Source: a virus (Duplodnaviria; Caudoviricetes). Taken from it: a DNA stretch of 64,000 nucleotides. The stretch lies in the IMG/VR virus record IMGVR_UViG_3300009873_000001, one strand, 5' to 3'. Position numbers and translations under genes: made by a program. The notes below the pieces were generated by a model. The model did not search any database. It was not told where the DNA came from and saw nothing but the letters and a program-made list of their open reading frames with translations. Positions 1-8,219 of this stretch are shown here, piece by piece (position 1 is the stretch's first letter; the number at the start of each line of letters is the position of its first letter).

Positions 1-43
1 GTTCTACGCCTTTCAGCGCGGGCTCGCCCGGCGACGCACCCGC

Positions 44-745
44 ATGCGCTCGCTGGGCGGGCTCGGTGCTAGCTCCCCATGGCTTGCCTTGGAGGCCCAA
101 GCCGACGTGCTCGAAAAGCAGGCTGCGGCGCTAGGGCCTTCGTCTCCAGCCGCCCCCTCGCTTTTGAGCCAAGCGCGCACTCTTCGTCAGCAGGCTCATA
201 TTCTGAGGGATCAAGCCGGATATAGCAAATCGAAAGAGCCTGGCTACGCTTCGGCTGGCCAGTTGAGGCCCGCTGAGCGCGAGGCGGCTCAGGAGCCGGT
301 CCCCACTCGGTCGATCGCGTCAGCGTCGACGTCCTCGGCCAAGGTTGCTGAGGACGTGTATAAGAACGCTTTGGCCAGAGGCGCGGCTCCAGAGACCGCC
401 ACGTTCAATGCGGCCTACCAAGGCGCGCTGGCTGAAGGGGCGAGTCATGAGGAGGCTGTAGCTGTCGGCAAGCGTGCGGCAGACGCGTACCGTGCGGGAG
501 CGACCGACGACAGTGCGCTCAGCTTTGGCCCGCAGAAGACGGTGATTCAGCCCTATCAATGGCAGTCCACCGCGCGAGACAGAAAGAGCCTTTTGCCGAC
601 CGAGTCGGCGGTGACGGCAGTGACGCGCACGCCGCTTCAAATGCCGGCGCTGAGCACCGGATCAAAGATCACTGCCGGCGTGGCGCTGGCGATCGGCCTT
701 GGCGGACTGATTCTCTTGGGCGCGATCTTCAGCATGAGGGACTGA
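44..745 (+). CDS. C-terminally anchored membrane protein with GLG motif; probably truncated by the left edge
   Basis: Frame is open from position 2 (FYAFQRGLARRRTRM); LGGLG motif; C-terminal TM ITAGVALAIGLGGLILLGAIF. Confidence 0.7.
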   Translation: MRSLGGLGASSPWLALEAQADVLEKQAAALGPSSPAAPSLLSQARTLRQQAHILRDQAGYSKSKEPGYASAGQLRPAEREAAQEPVPTRSIASASTSSAKVAEDVYKNALARGAAPETATFNAAYQGALAEGASHEEAVAVGKRAADAYRAGATDDSALSFGPQKTVIQPYQWQSTARDRKSLLPTESAVTAVTRTPLQMPALSTGSKITAGVALAIGLGGLILLGAIFSMRD

Positions 746-748
746 GCC

Positions 749-1129
749 ATGGGCGCGTTGACCATGCAAGAGCTGAACGGCCTGGGCCAAGCTGAGGTCA
801 TTGCCGCGCTCGTAGGCCCGCTCGTGCAGGGCGGCGCCGACATTTACCGCACGGTCGAGGAGAGCAAGGCCGCCAAGAAAGAGCTCAAGGCCCGCCAGCA
901 GGAGGCGTTGATCGCGCAGACCACCGAGCGCGAGCGGTTGGCCGCGCTCGAGCGGCAAAGCGCCTTGGCTACCGCAGCGGCGATCAGGCAGTCACAGGCT
1001 TCTCAGGCGTTCTGGGCGCAATACATGCCGTACATCTTCGGTGGAGTGGGGCTTCTGGCGTTGTCTTTCGTGGCTGTGTCGGCCGTGAAGGCGCGCAAAA
1101 AGAAGGCGACGGCGACCAGTGGCAGTTGA
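749..1129 (+). CDS. Small virion membrane protein (coiled coil plus C-terminal TM)
   Basis: N-terminus MGALTMQELNGLG; helical core; TM YIFGGVGLLALSFVAVSAV then basic tail. Confidence 0.75.
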   Translation: MGALTMQELNGLGQAEVIAALVGPLVQGGADIYRTVEESKAAKKELKARQQEALIAQTTERERLAALERQSALATAAAIRQSQASQAFWAQYMPYIFGGVGLLALSFVAVSAVKARKKKATATSGS

Positions 1130-1475
1130 TCCGGGGTGGCTGGAGCGAGTGCGGCAGGCGAACCGCGAACGGTTCGGCATGGCCGGCATGGGCGACTATG
1201 CCGGCATGAATGGCTATTCCGGAATGGGCCAATCTGGTAGCGAGCTCGTAGCCGCTCTGTCTCGCTCCAAGCAGGCCAGGGTGGCAGAGGAGATCGCCAG
1301 AAGGCCGCCTCCTCCAGGTCCGCCTCCCGGGTCGCCGGAGGCCGTTCTGCAGGCACTGCCGCCCATTCCTCCACCACAGCCCATGCAGATTCCCAAGAGC
1401 GTGATCTATCTCGGCGGTGCTCTGGCTGTGGGTCTCGTATTCGTGATCGGCCTCTCGCTCTTGAGGAGAGATTGA
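1119..1475 (+). CDS. Small Pro-rich membrane protein
   Basis: MAGMG and YSGMG motifs, poly-Pro linker, C-terminal TM. Confidence 0.7.
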   Translation: MAVDPGWLERVRQANRERFGMAGMGDYAGMNGYSGMGQSGSELVAALSRSKQARVAEEIARRPPPPGPPPGSPEAVLQALPPIPPPQPMQIPKSVIYLGGALAVGLVFVIGLSLLRRD

Positions 1476-1477
1476 GC

Positions 1478-1768
1478 ATGAAGCCTTATATCAGGCGTTG
1501 GAAGACAGGAGGGCTCGGTCAATTCGACGAGGCCTCACTGGCTGAAAAGCAAGCTCAGCTCATGCGCTTGCGTGAAGAGCGGGCGCAGCTCGAGGCCGAG
1601 ATCCAGAGCGTAAAAACAGGCGTTCCAATCAAGCCACGCGGGGCCGCTGCCGCCCCGATTCCCTCGACAGAAGAAGTCGTCTCTGCCGCACAGGGCATTC
1701 CCGGTTGGGTATGGCTCGCCGCCGGAGCTGGGCTCCTTCTCGTCCTGCGCGGAAGGAAGGCGTCATGA
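1478..1768 (+). CDS. Small coiled-coil membrane protein
   Basis: TGGLG, heptad stretch, C-terminal TM IPGWVWLAAGAGLLLVL. Confidence 0.7.
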   Translation: MKPYIRRWKTGGLGQFDEASLAEKQAQLMRLREERAQLEAEIQSVKTGVPIKPRGAAAAPIPSTEEVVSAAQGIPGWVWLAAGAGLLLVLRGRKAS

Positions 1769-2292
1769 GCTATATCACCATGGGTGACTTCGCTGGCGTG
1801 GCTCAGGACGAGTACACCGCTTGCCGAACCAAGAATCCGGCTGACATGCAGGGCCCTGCTGCGCTCACGTACGCGGATCCGTGCTGGCAGTCGCTCGTGG
1901 CGCTCAGGCGCGCAGAGGGGCGCGATCCGTTTGGGCGAGACTTGTGGGGCCCTGGCGGGGCTCCTCCGCCGAGCACTATCAACCCGACGCTCTCGGCGAG
2001 GCAGCGCGAACTGGGAGCCGAGCAAGTCAAGCCACAGGCTGTCGTGCTCATGGCGCCTGGCGTGGACGCATGGGGCTACCCGACCCAGTACACTCAAGAC
2101 CGGTTGGCCGCCACGTACGGGCCAACGTCATACGAGACCATTCCCAAGATTCGAGAGCGTCGCGAGGCGTCGCCCGCGCTGTCGATCAGAGAACCGGCCA
2201 AGTCGCCCGACAACAAGCTCACCTACATGGCCGTGGGCGGCCTGGCGGTGCTGCTGATCGGGGGCTTGTTCCTCAAGGCTGGCAAACAATGA
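1765..2292 (+). CDS. Membrane protein with CR...DPC module
   Basis: ATG 1765 overlaps upstream stop (ATGA); EYTACR...YADPCW; C-terminal TM. Confidence 0.7.
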   Translation: MSYITMGDFAGVAQDEYTACRTKNPADMQGPAALTYADPCWQSLVALRRAEGRDPFGRDLWGPGGAPPPSTINPTLSARQRELGAEQVKPQAVVLMAPGVDAWGYPTQYTQDRLAATYGPTSYETIPKIRERREASPALSIREPAKSPDNKLTYMAVGGLAVLLIGGLFLKAGKQ

Positions 2293-2699
2293 GCGGCAGT
2301 CTGTTTGGCGCAGAAATCCTGCGCCTGAATCGCGGCATGGGTTCTCTGGGTATTGGCCCAGCGGAAGACGAATACATTGCGTGCAGGCGAAGGAGCCCGG
2401 TTTCCTCCCTGCCGCGCGGAGCAGAACTCACGCCGAACGATCCGTGCTTCAACCAGCTCATGGCGAGCAGGATCGAAGAAGACGAGCGGCGGAAGCAACT
2501 GCCAGGAGATCCTTACGGCACGCTGAAGCCCATGATCGGGCCGCCGGCTTGGGTGTGGGAAGAGCGGGAAGAGCGCGCTCGCGCAAGCAGCCAGAACACG
2601 CTCATGTGGCTAGCCATCGGAGCAGTCGCAGTCGTTGTGCTGGGAGGGGTGTTTCTGCGAGGCGCCAGCAAGCCGGCTTCTGCGGGTCCAGTTGCTTAG
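2289..2699 (+). CDS. Membrane protein with CR...DPC module, paralog of 2734-3342
   Basis: ATG 2289 overlaps upstream stop; GPAEDEYIACRRR..LTPNDPCFNQLMASR; C-terminal TM. Confidence 0.75.
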   Translation: MSGSLFGAEILRLNRGMGSLGIGPAEDEYIACRRRSPVSSLPRGAELTPNDPCFNQLMASRIEEDERRKQLPGDPYGTLKPMIGPPAWVWEEREERARASSQNTLMWLAIGAVAVVVLGGVFLRGASKPASAGPVA

Positions 2700-2733
2700 G
2701 TGCGGATTTTCTTCAAAGGGTTAGGCTAGCACT

Positions 2734-3342
2734 ATGGCCTATCTAACGATGAGACGGCGCCTGCGTACCGGGCTGAGCGGTCTTGGGCTTGGCCCGGCTG
2801 AGGACGAGTATGAAGACTGCAGGCGACGGTATCCGGTCAGCGGGCTGCCGCGTGGTGACGCGCTAACGCCTAACGACCCATGCTTCAACCAGCTCATGGC
2901 CAGCAGAACTGAAGAGGCGGCGCGGCAGGAGGCGCTGCGTAAGGCGCGCTCCATGCCGCCGCCACCCGTCATGAGGCCCGCGCCTGCGCCTGCAGTATCC
3001 GGCAAGTCGCAGTACGAGATCTACGCAGAAGAGGCTGCGCAGGCCTCAAGAACTCAGGAGTCAGTTTACGATCGCGTCGCCCGCCTACGGGAAGAGCAGC
3101 GACTGAACGCGATCCGCAGCGACATGAACATTGAGCGGCCTGACAAGATCATGCCGATTCAAGTTCCGGGATCCATGAGCGACAAGCAGCAGTCCGAGTG
3201 GCTCATGTCGCTGGCTCTGCAGACCAAGCAAGAGCGCGACGCCGCCAGCGCAGCTCGAGGGCTCAAGACGGCAGCCGGGGTGGGCGCTGTGGCGCTGGTC
3301 GGGCTTGGCATGTTGTACCTGATCTTCAGGAACAAGAAGTAG
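2734..3342 (+). CDS. Membrane protein with CR...DPC module
   Basis: LSGLGLG, then GPAEDEYEDCRRR..LTPNDPCFNQLMASR; C-terminal TM. Confidence 0.75.
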   Translation: MAYLTMRRRLRTGLSGLGLGPAEDEYEDCRRRYPVSGLPRGDALTPNDPCFNQLMASRTEEAARQEALRKARSMPPPPVMRPAPAPAVSGKSQYEIYAEEAAQASRTQESVYDRVARLREEQRLNAIRSDMNIERPDKIMPIQVPGSMSDKQQSEWLMSLALQTKQERDAASAARGLKTAAGVGAVALVGLGMLYLIFRNKK

Positions 3343-3348
3343 GAGCGC

Positions 3349-4188
3349 ATGTCCTACATTCCGCTCGGAGCGCTTGCAGACTTCGTCACGCTCGGACCGC
3401 AGTACTACACGACTGATCGGCCGAACGCGGTGCAGGTCATTCAGCGCGGCCCCCACGGAATGAGGTTCGCGGCGGACCCGGTCCGTACGCGCGAAGGCAA
3501 GATCCGCGGCTCCGGATTCCGCTTCTGGAACGAGCAGCAGGTCATGCGGCCGGACGAGAAGTGGTATCCACGCGAAAAGGTCGTGGGGCTCATGGGGCTG
3601 GGGCAGGAACCTCCAGACATTGAGCGTCTAGCAAGGTGCCCTAGCTCGGCACCGGTACCTCCGTCTTTGGTCGAGCCGTCCGATCCGCGCTCTCCAGCTG
3701 CCAGCCTGCGGCGGCAGCTGGTTGAGTCTATGCAGGCCGCTTGCCATGGACGGCAGGACGCGGCCCAGGCAGCGCTCCGCGGGGCTCAGTATTTCATGGT
3801 TCAGTTGCCAGTTTCTGAGCGCGGCGTTTGGCAACAAGAGGCCATGAAAGCTCAGTCGTACATCAAGTCGCTGGCTTCTGTGGCTCCAGAGCTGAAGGCT
3901 CGGCAAGAAGAAAAAGAAATCGACTACGCGCGAGCCATGCAGGAATACAACGTCAAGTATGCCGGCTCTCGCATGGAGCAAGAGCGTCGGTATATCGAAG
4001 AAGCCAAAGAAGAAGCCAGAAAGAAGGCCGAGACCGGCTGCTATTCCTGGGACGTCGGCTGCCAAGTAGGCGAATTCGCAAAGAAACACTGGTGGAAGTT
4101 CGCGCTTGGCGCTGGTGCTCTTCTGTTCTTCTACGGCGCCGGCAAGGGCGTCGGTTCGGGTGTCATGAGACGCCTAGGTGGAGACTGA
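3349..4188 (+). CDS. Coiled-coil membrane protein
   Basis: AGGAG RBS; LMGLG; helical core; C-terminal TM WWKFALGAGALLFFYG. Confidence 0.75.
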   Translation: MSYIPLGALADFVTLGPQYYTTDRPNAVQVIQRGPHGMRFAADPVRTREGKIRGSGFRFWNEQQVMRPDEKWYPREKVVGLMGLGQEPPDIERLARCPSSAPVPPSLVEPSDPRSPAASLRRQLVESMQAACHGRQDAAQAALRGAQYFMVQLPVSERGVWQQEAMKAQSYIKSLASVAPELKARQEEKEIDYARAMQEYNVKYAGSRMEQERRYIEEAKEEARKKAETGCYSWDVGCQVGEFAKKHWWKFALGAGALLFFYGAGKGVGSGVMRRLGGD

Positions 4189-4191
4189 CGC

Positions 4192-5052
4192 ATGCCCGGC
4201 CCGATCATTTGGAACTGGACACCGCAGGGCCCAGGTTGGGATCGGCGCCCAGCCTTCATGCCTAGCGAGCAAGCGCAGTGGAGCCCAAATCCCGCCATTC
4301 CTCATGCCGGAGCGGCCGGCGTGACTGAAGTTGGCGGAGGAATGCTCAACAAGGGAGTAGGTCAGATGTACGGCATGAACGGCATGGGAGACATGTTCGT
4401 CTACCCGCAGGGCGCGGGGCCAGACGACTTCTACCGGCAGCAGATTGCGACCGGCGCCATGCCGGCGCCTGGGTCGGAGGAGTTCCAGGCGACAGGACCA
4501 AAGGAAGGGTCCATGGCCTGGGAGGCCGGCCCGGCCCCGTGGGAGCAGGGCCCCGCTGCTCCGCAGCAGCCGTTCCTGCCGCCTGACCAGGCGCCGGAAG
4601 CAATCGCGGCCATGGAGGCCTCGCGGCGTCGCGCTGCCGAGGTGAAGGCAGTCGAGGCCGCCAAGGCGGCCAAGGTCGCAGCTGACAACGCGATTCGCGC
4701 GGCCAACGCTGGCGCGCCCACCGTCGCCACGACCAACGCCGCCACGGCTCAGGCCGCTGCGAACGTGGCCGCGCGCATGGCCGTGTCGCCTGCTGGACAG
4801 CAGGCTGCTGCCATGGCCGCTGGCGAAGCGACCAAGGCTGTCGCGGCGGCCAACGTCGCCGTCGCGCGCGCGAACGGGAACGGCAACGGCCGAGCCAACG
4901 GAAACGGCAACGGCATGAGCGACTGGATGGAGCTCTCGGGCCTGGGCCAGAGCGCCGACGGGTTCGTGCAGAAGTACAAGTGGCCGCTCTTGCTCGGGGC
5001 CGGGCTGTTCGCGGCCTGGTACACGAAGGGCAAGCTCTGGGGCAAGGAGTAG
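4192..5052 (+). CDS. Ala-rich membrane protein with NG repeats and DWMELSGLG motif
   Basis: MNGMG, Ala-rich helix, NGNGNG x2, SDWMELSGLGQ, C-terminal TM. Confidence 0.75.
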   Translation: MPGPIIWNWTPQGPGWDRRPAFMPSEQAQWSPNPAIPHAGAAGVTEVGGGMLNKGVGQMYGMNGMGDMFVYPQGAGPDDFYRQQIATGAMPAPGSEEFQATGPKEGSMAWEAGPAPWEQGPAAPQQPFLPPDQAPEAIAAMEASRRRAAEVKAVEAAKAAKVAADNAIRAANAGAPTVATTNAATAQAAANVAARMAVSPAGQQAAAMAAGEATKAVAAANVAVARANGNGNGRANGNGNGMSDWMELSGLGQSADGFVQKYKWPLLLGAGLFAAWYTKGKLWGKE

Positions 5053-5056
5053 GCAC

Positions 5057-5359
5057 ATGGCCGAGACGGTCTGGGAGCCGAGCCCTGAAGAAGCAGTCGC
5101 TCGAGCTGTGGAGACACAGCGCGCTCGCGGACTCCTTCCTCGGCAGCATTCTCCGCGCGGCCAGGCATACGGCTACTACCGTCGTCCCATGACAGGGCCG
5201 GCCCTGTCGAGAGAGACGGGAGTCTACACGGATCAAGTCGCCGGCCTGGGCGGCGACGGCTCGGCCTTCGAGGGATCGAGCAAGGCGTTGATCCAGTGCG
5301 TGCTGGTCTTCGCGGCTGGATTCGGGATCGGGTACTTCTTCGCCAAGTCCAAGGCGTGA
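5057..5359 (+). CDS. Small membrane protein
   Basis: AGGAG RBS; VAGLG; C-terminal TM. Confidence 0.7.
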   Translation: MAETVWEPSPEEAVARAVETQRARGLLPRQHSPRGQAYGYYRRPMTGPALSRETGVYTDQVAGLGGDGSAFEGSSKALIQCVLVFAAGFGIGYFFAKSKA

Positions 5360-5368
5360 TCGAGAGTC

Positions 5369-5686
5369 ATGAACTATCAGCCCTGGGTCTCCGTCGAGCC
5401 TTCCGGGCTCATGCCCATGCGAAACGCGCCGACCGTTACTCCCCGGGAGGCGCGGCTTCGCTATTTGGGCGTGAGGGACGAGGCGCCTGAGCCCAGGTCT
5501 ACTCTGACTTCGGCCAGAGTGATCATTGCTCTCCTTGCTGCGGCGATAGCTGGCTATCACGGCTACAAGCGGAACAGCAGCTCAAAGCTGTGGGGCGCGC
5601 TGTGGGCTGTTGGTGGAGCCATGTGTCCGGCCGTGACGCTGCCGTTCGTCTTTTCGCAAGGCTTCGCCAAGTCGGCCAAGGAGTGA
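5369..5686 (+). CDS. Small two-TM membrane protein
   Basis: Two hydrophobic segments flanking YHGYKRN. Confidence 0.7.
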   Translation: MNYQPWVSVEPSGLMPMRNAPTVTPREARLRYLGVRDEAPEPRSTLTSARVIIALLAAAIAGYHGYKRNSSSKLWGALWAVGGAMCPAVTLPFVFSQGFAKSAKE

Positions 5687-5689
5687 TTC

Positions 5690-6718
5690 GTGTCGACTCT
5701 CACCATGGACGAGTTGAACGACTTCGCTGGCCTTGGCCAGGCGGCGAGGGCCAGGCGCGAGGATCGGTCCCGTCGTTACTACAAAACAGGTCCCAGGGTA
5801 ATTCCTCCGCCAGTTCTGGATCCTAGGGTAATTCCTGGGAAGACGGCCCCTAGAACTACGTTCGATCCGTACGCTTACCGCGCTCCACCGCCTCCGCCTC
5901 TGCCACCACCTCCGCCAGCGACTGGAGGTCAGGGCGTTGACTTCACGAATCCTGTCTGGGTAGAGCCGACCAGCCCTTTCCGGAAGGGGGCCGTTGTGTT
6001 CGCGCAACCGTCCCCCAAGGTGGCCCCCAGGGCGCCGGCCCCGCCGCCAGCGCCGCCGCCAGCGACTAGCGGTAAAGGCGTCGACTTCACGAACCCTGTC
6101 TGGGTAGAACCGACCAGCCCCTTCCGGCAGGGGAGCGTCATGTTCGCGCAGCCGGCGCCTAGGCAGCCAGCGATTGCCACTAGGGCATCTGGTCTATCTG
6201 GGGCGCCGCGCCCAAGGCTCGTGACTGAGTACGCAGAGGCCTACATTCGCTGCCGAGAGGCGAATTCTGAGTCGCGGCTACGCGCTAAAGGAATCTGGCC
6301 ATTCACGCCAGAGGATCCTTGTTGGGACGTGTGGCGGATCCACGACCCAGATCGAGCGGCGGTAGCGCTCCAAAAGTACAAGGCCGAGAAGGCATACCAA
6401 GCCAAGATCAAGGAGACCGACGAAAGGGCGCGCCTCGCCAAGATTCGCGCAGGGTTTCCAGGAAAGTCCATGACAGTCGCCCCGCCGCTTACGGTGTCGC
6501 CAAGGCGACCGGCTGAGCAAGTTCCGATTCCGTGGCCCAACAGGGACGGGCTCGAATACAGGATGACAACCGAGAGTCCGTACAGGCCGCGGTCTGGGCT
6601 AGGGCCAGTCAAATCGCCGTTCTTGCGTTCGGGGCGGCTGTACGGTGTGGAGGGGGAGGCGGGCAGCCCGGCGTGGGTGCTGGTGGCTTTGGGATTCGGG
6701 TTCTGGTTGTTGAGCTAG
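5690..6718 (+). CDS. Pro-rich membrane protein with internal duplication and DPC module
   Basis: MSTLTMDELNDFAGLG leader; two copies of GVDFTNPVWVEPTSPFR; YIRCR..EDPCW; C-terminal hydrophobic tail. Confidence 0.7.
   Translation: MSTLTMDELNDFAGLGQAARARREDRSRRYYKTGPRVIPPPVLDPRVIPGKTAPRTTFDPYAYRAPPPPPLPPPPPATGGQGVDFTNPVWVEPTSPFRKGAVVFAQPSPKVAPRAPAPPPAPPPATSGKGVDFTNPVWVEPTSPFRQGSVMFAQPAPRQPAIATRASGLSGAPRPRLVTEYAEAYIRCREANSESRLRAKGIWPFTPEDPCWDVWRIHDPDRAAVALQKYKAEKAYQAKIKETDERARLAKIRAGFPGKSMTVAPPLTVSPRRPAEQVPIPWPNRDGLEYRMTTESPYRPRSGLGPVKSPFLRSGRLYGVEGEAGSPAWVLVALGFGFWLLS
5912..6133 (+). repeat. Intragenic direct repeat, about 78 bp x2, 144 bp apart
   Basis: 5912-5989 and 6056-6133 encode PPAT.G.GVDFTNPVWVEPTSPFR.G. 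Confidence 0.9.
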
Positions 6719-6726
6719 GAGCGATC

Positions 6727-8217
6727 ATGACGCTTCGCATGGACGAGCTGTTCGGATTCGCTCAGGCCGCGTCTGGCGATTTCCGCTACGGGCTTGGAAA
6801 GCCGAGCAAGAAGAGCTGCTGTGACAACTGCAAGTCCGGGAAGCCGTGCTGTGGATCTGGCGACCACGGCCACGACCACCGCATGCTCGGAGACGTGGAC
6901 GAGCAAGAGCTGGAAGCTCCCCAGTACGGCTATCAGTACGTGCAGACCACCGTGCCTGGGAAGACCGTCTTCGGCAAGCCGGTTGGTCTCGTGCCGAAGG
7001 AGCGCAAGATCGAAATCACGCGCCTGATCGACGAGCTCGAGTGGCTCGCTGGAACGCCGGGGATTCACCCCGGGGTACTGGCTCAGAAGATCTGGGAGGC
7101 GCGGCGCCGGCTCATGGGCAGCGCGGACTGGGAGTTCGCGTCCTATGCCACGCCTGGGCAGAGCTGGGACTCGAAGGAAGCATTGCTCGATCGGCTTGAG
7201 GCCGTGGAGCGCGTGCTTGGCGTGGAGGGAATCAGCCCGAAGCTCATGAGTGCATTCGCTGGAATGGGTGGGCTGGGCACGTATCCGTACCAGGACATTC
7301 CACGCTGGACGGAGCAGTACTGGCCGATCAGAAAGCTGGCGTCCTGCATTCGTTCGCGGATCTGCCACAAGGACGAGTACTGCTGCCCGCCCCAAGCACG
7401 GTATCCAGAGCCTGACTGGTGCTATCACCCACCTCAGAGGGTGCTGTGGCCGGCTTTGCCGCCGCCTCCTCCACCGCAGCTGCCGCCTCCTTTCCTGCCG
7501 CCCAGGACGTTCGAGCCGGTGGGGATCTTCGTGCAGCCGCCGTTCGGGACCAGGCTGCCACCGCCGCCGAGGCCACCGAGGCTGCCTCCGCCCCTGCAGC
7601 CGCCGCGCCTGCCGCCTCCGCCACTCCCTCCCCGCCTTCCGCCGCCGGAGGAAACCAGGCTGCCACCACCTCCGCAGCCGCCGCGGCTGCCGCCACCTCC
7701 GCCGCCGGAAGAAACCAGGCTCCCTCCGCCCGGAGGCCCGCCGCCTGGCGTCGAGCTCAGACCGCTGAGGAGGACCGTTGTCGGTCTGCCGGTCACGGCT
7801 GGTGTCGAGATGGCGCAACTCTCCCGCGGGATCCCGACTCGTCAAATGCTGCAACGAGTCACGCCAGGAACGGCGCCTATGGTGGTGCCCATGCCCTCGG
7901 GCGCCGGGGCCAATTTCGTTCAGGCCGGCCCCGTGATCGAGGTGCGCGGCGCCCCCACGCGCATGGTCGAGGCTGGGGCCACGCCATGGCCCGCGCGCCT
8001 GGTTCAGGGCGGACGGCAGGCGCCGACAGTCATGCTTCCGCCTGCTGGGCAACAGACAGGCAACGCTCTGCAAATTGCGGCGAGAACCGTGCCTCAGGCG
8101 AGAATTGCTGTACGTCCTGGTCAGGCAAGCCTGGCCGGACTGAGTGGTTCTGTGGCTGATCTTCTGGCGCTAGTCAACGAGACGCGACGCGAGATTCGCC
8201 GGCAGAGGGGAGCCTGA
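6727..8217 (+). CDS. Cys-cluster and Pro-rich protein with RLPPP repeats
   Basis: AGGAG RBS before ATG 6727; MTLRMDELFG leader; SCCDNC..PCC; FAGMGGLG; RLPPPP tandem repeats. Confidence 0.7.
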   Translation: MTLRMDELFGFAQAASGDFRYGLGKPSKKSCCDNCKSGKPCCGSGDHGHDHRMLGDVDEQELEAPQYGYQYVQTTVPGKTVFGKPVGLVPKERKIEITRLIDELEWLAGTPGIHPGVLAQKIWEARRRLMGSADWEFASYATPGQSWDSKEALLDRLEAVERVLGVEGISPKLMSAFAGMGGLGTYPYQDIPRWTEQYWPIRKLASCIRSRICHKDEYCCPPQARYPEPDWCYHPPQRVLWPALPPPPPPQLPPPFLPPRTFEPVGIFVQPPFGTRLPPPPRPPRLPPPLQPPRLPPPPLPPRLPPPEETRLPPPPQPPRLPPPPPPEETRLPPPGGPPPGVELRPLRRTVVGLPVTAGVEMAQLSRGIPTRQMLQRVTPGTAPMVVPMPSGAGANFVQAGPVIEVRGAPTRMVEAGATPWPARLVQGGRQAPTVMLPPAGQQTGNALQIAARTVPQARIAVRPGQASLAGLSGSVADLLALVNETRREIRRQRGA

Positions 8218-8219
8218 GC

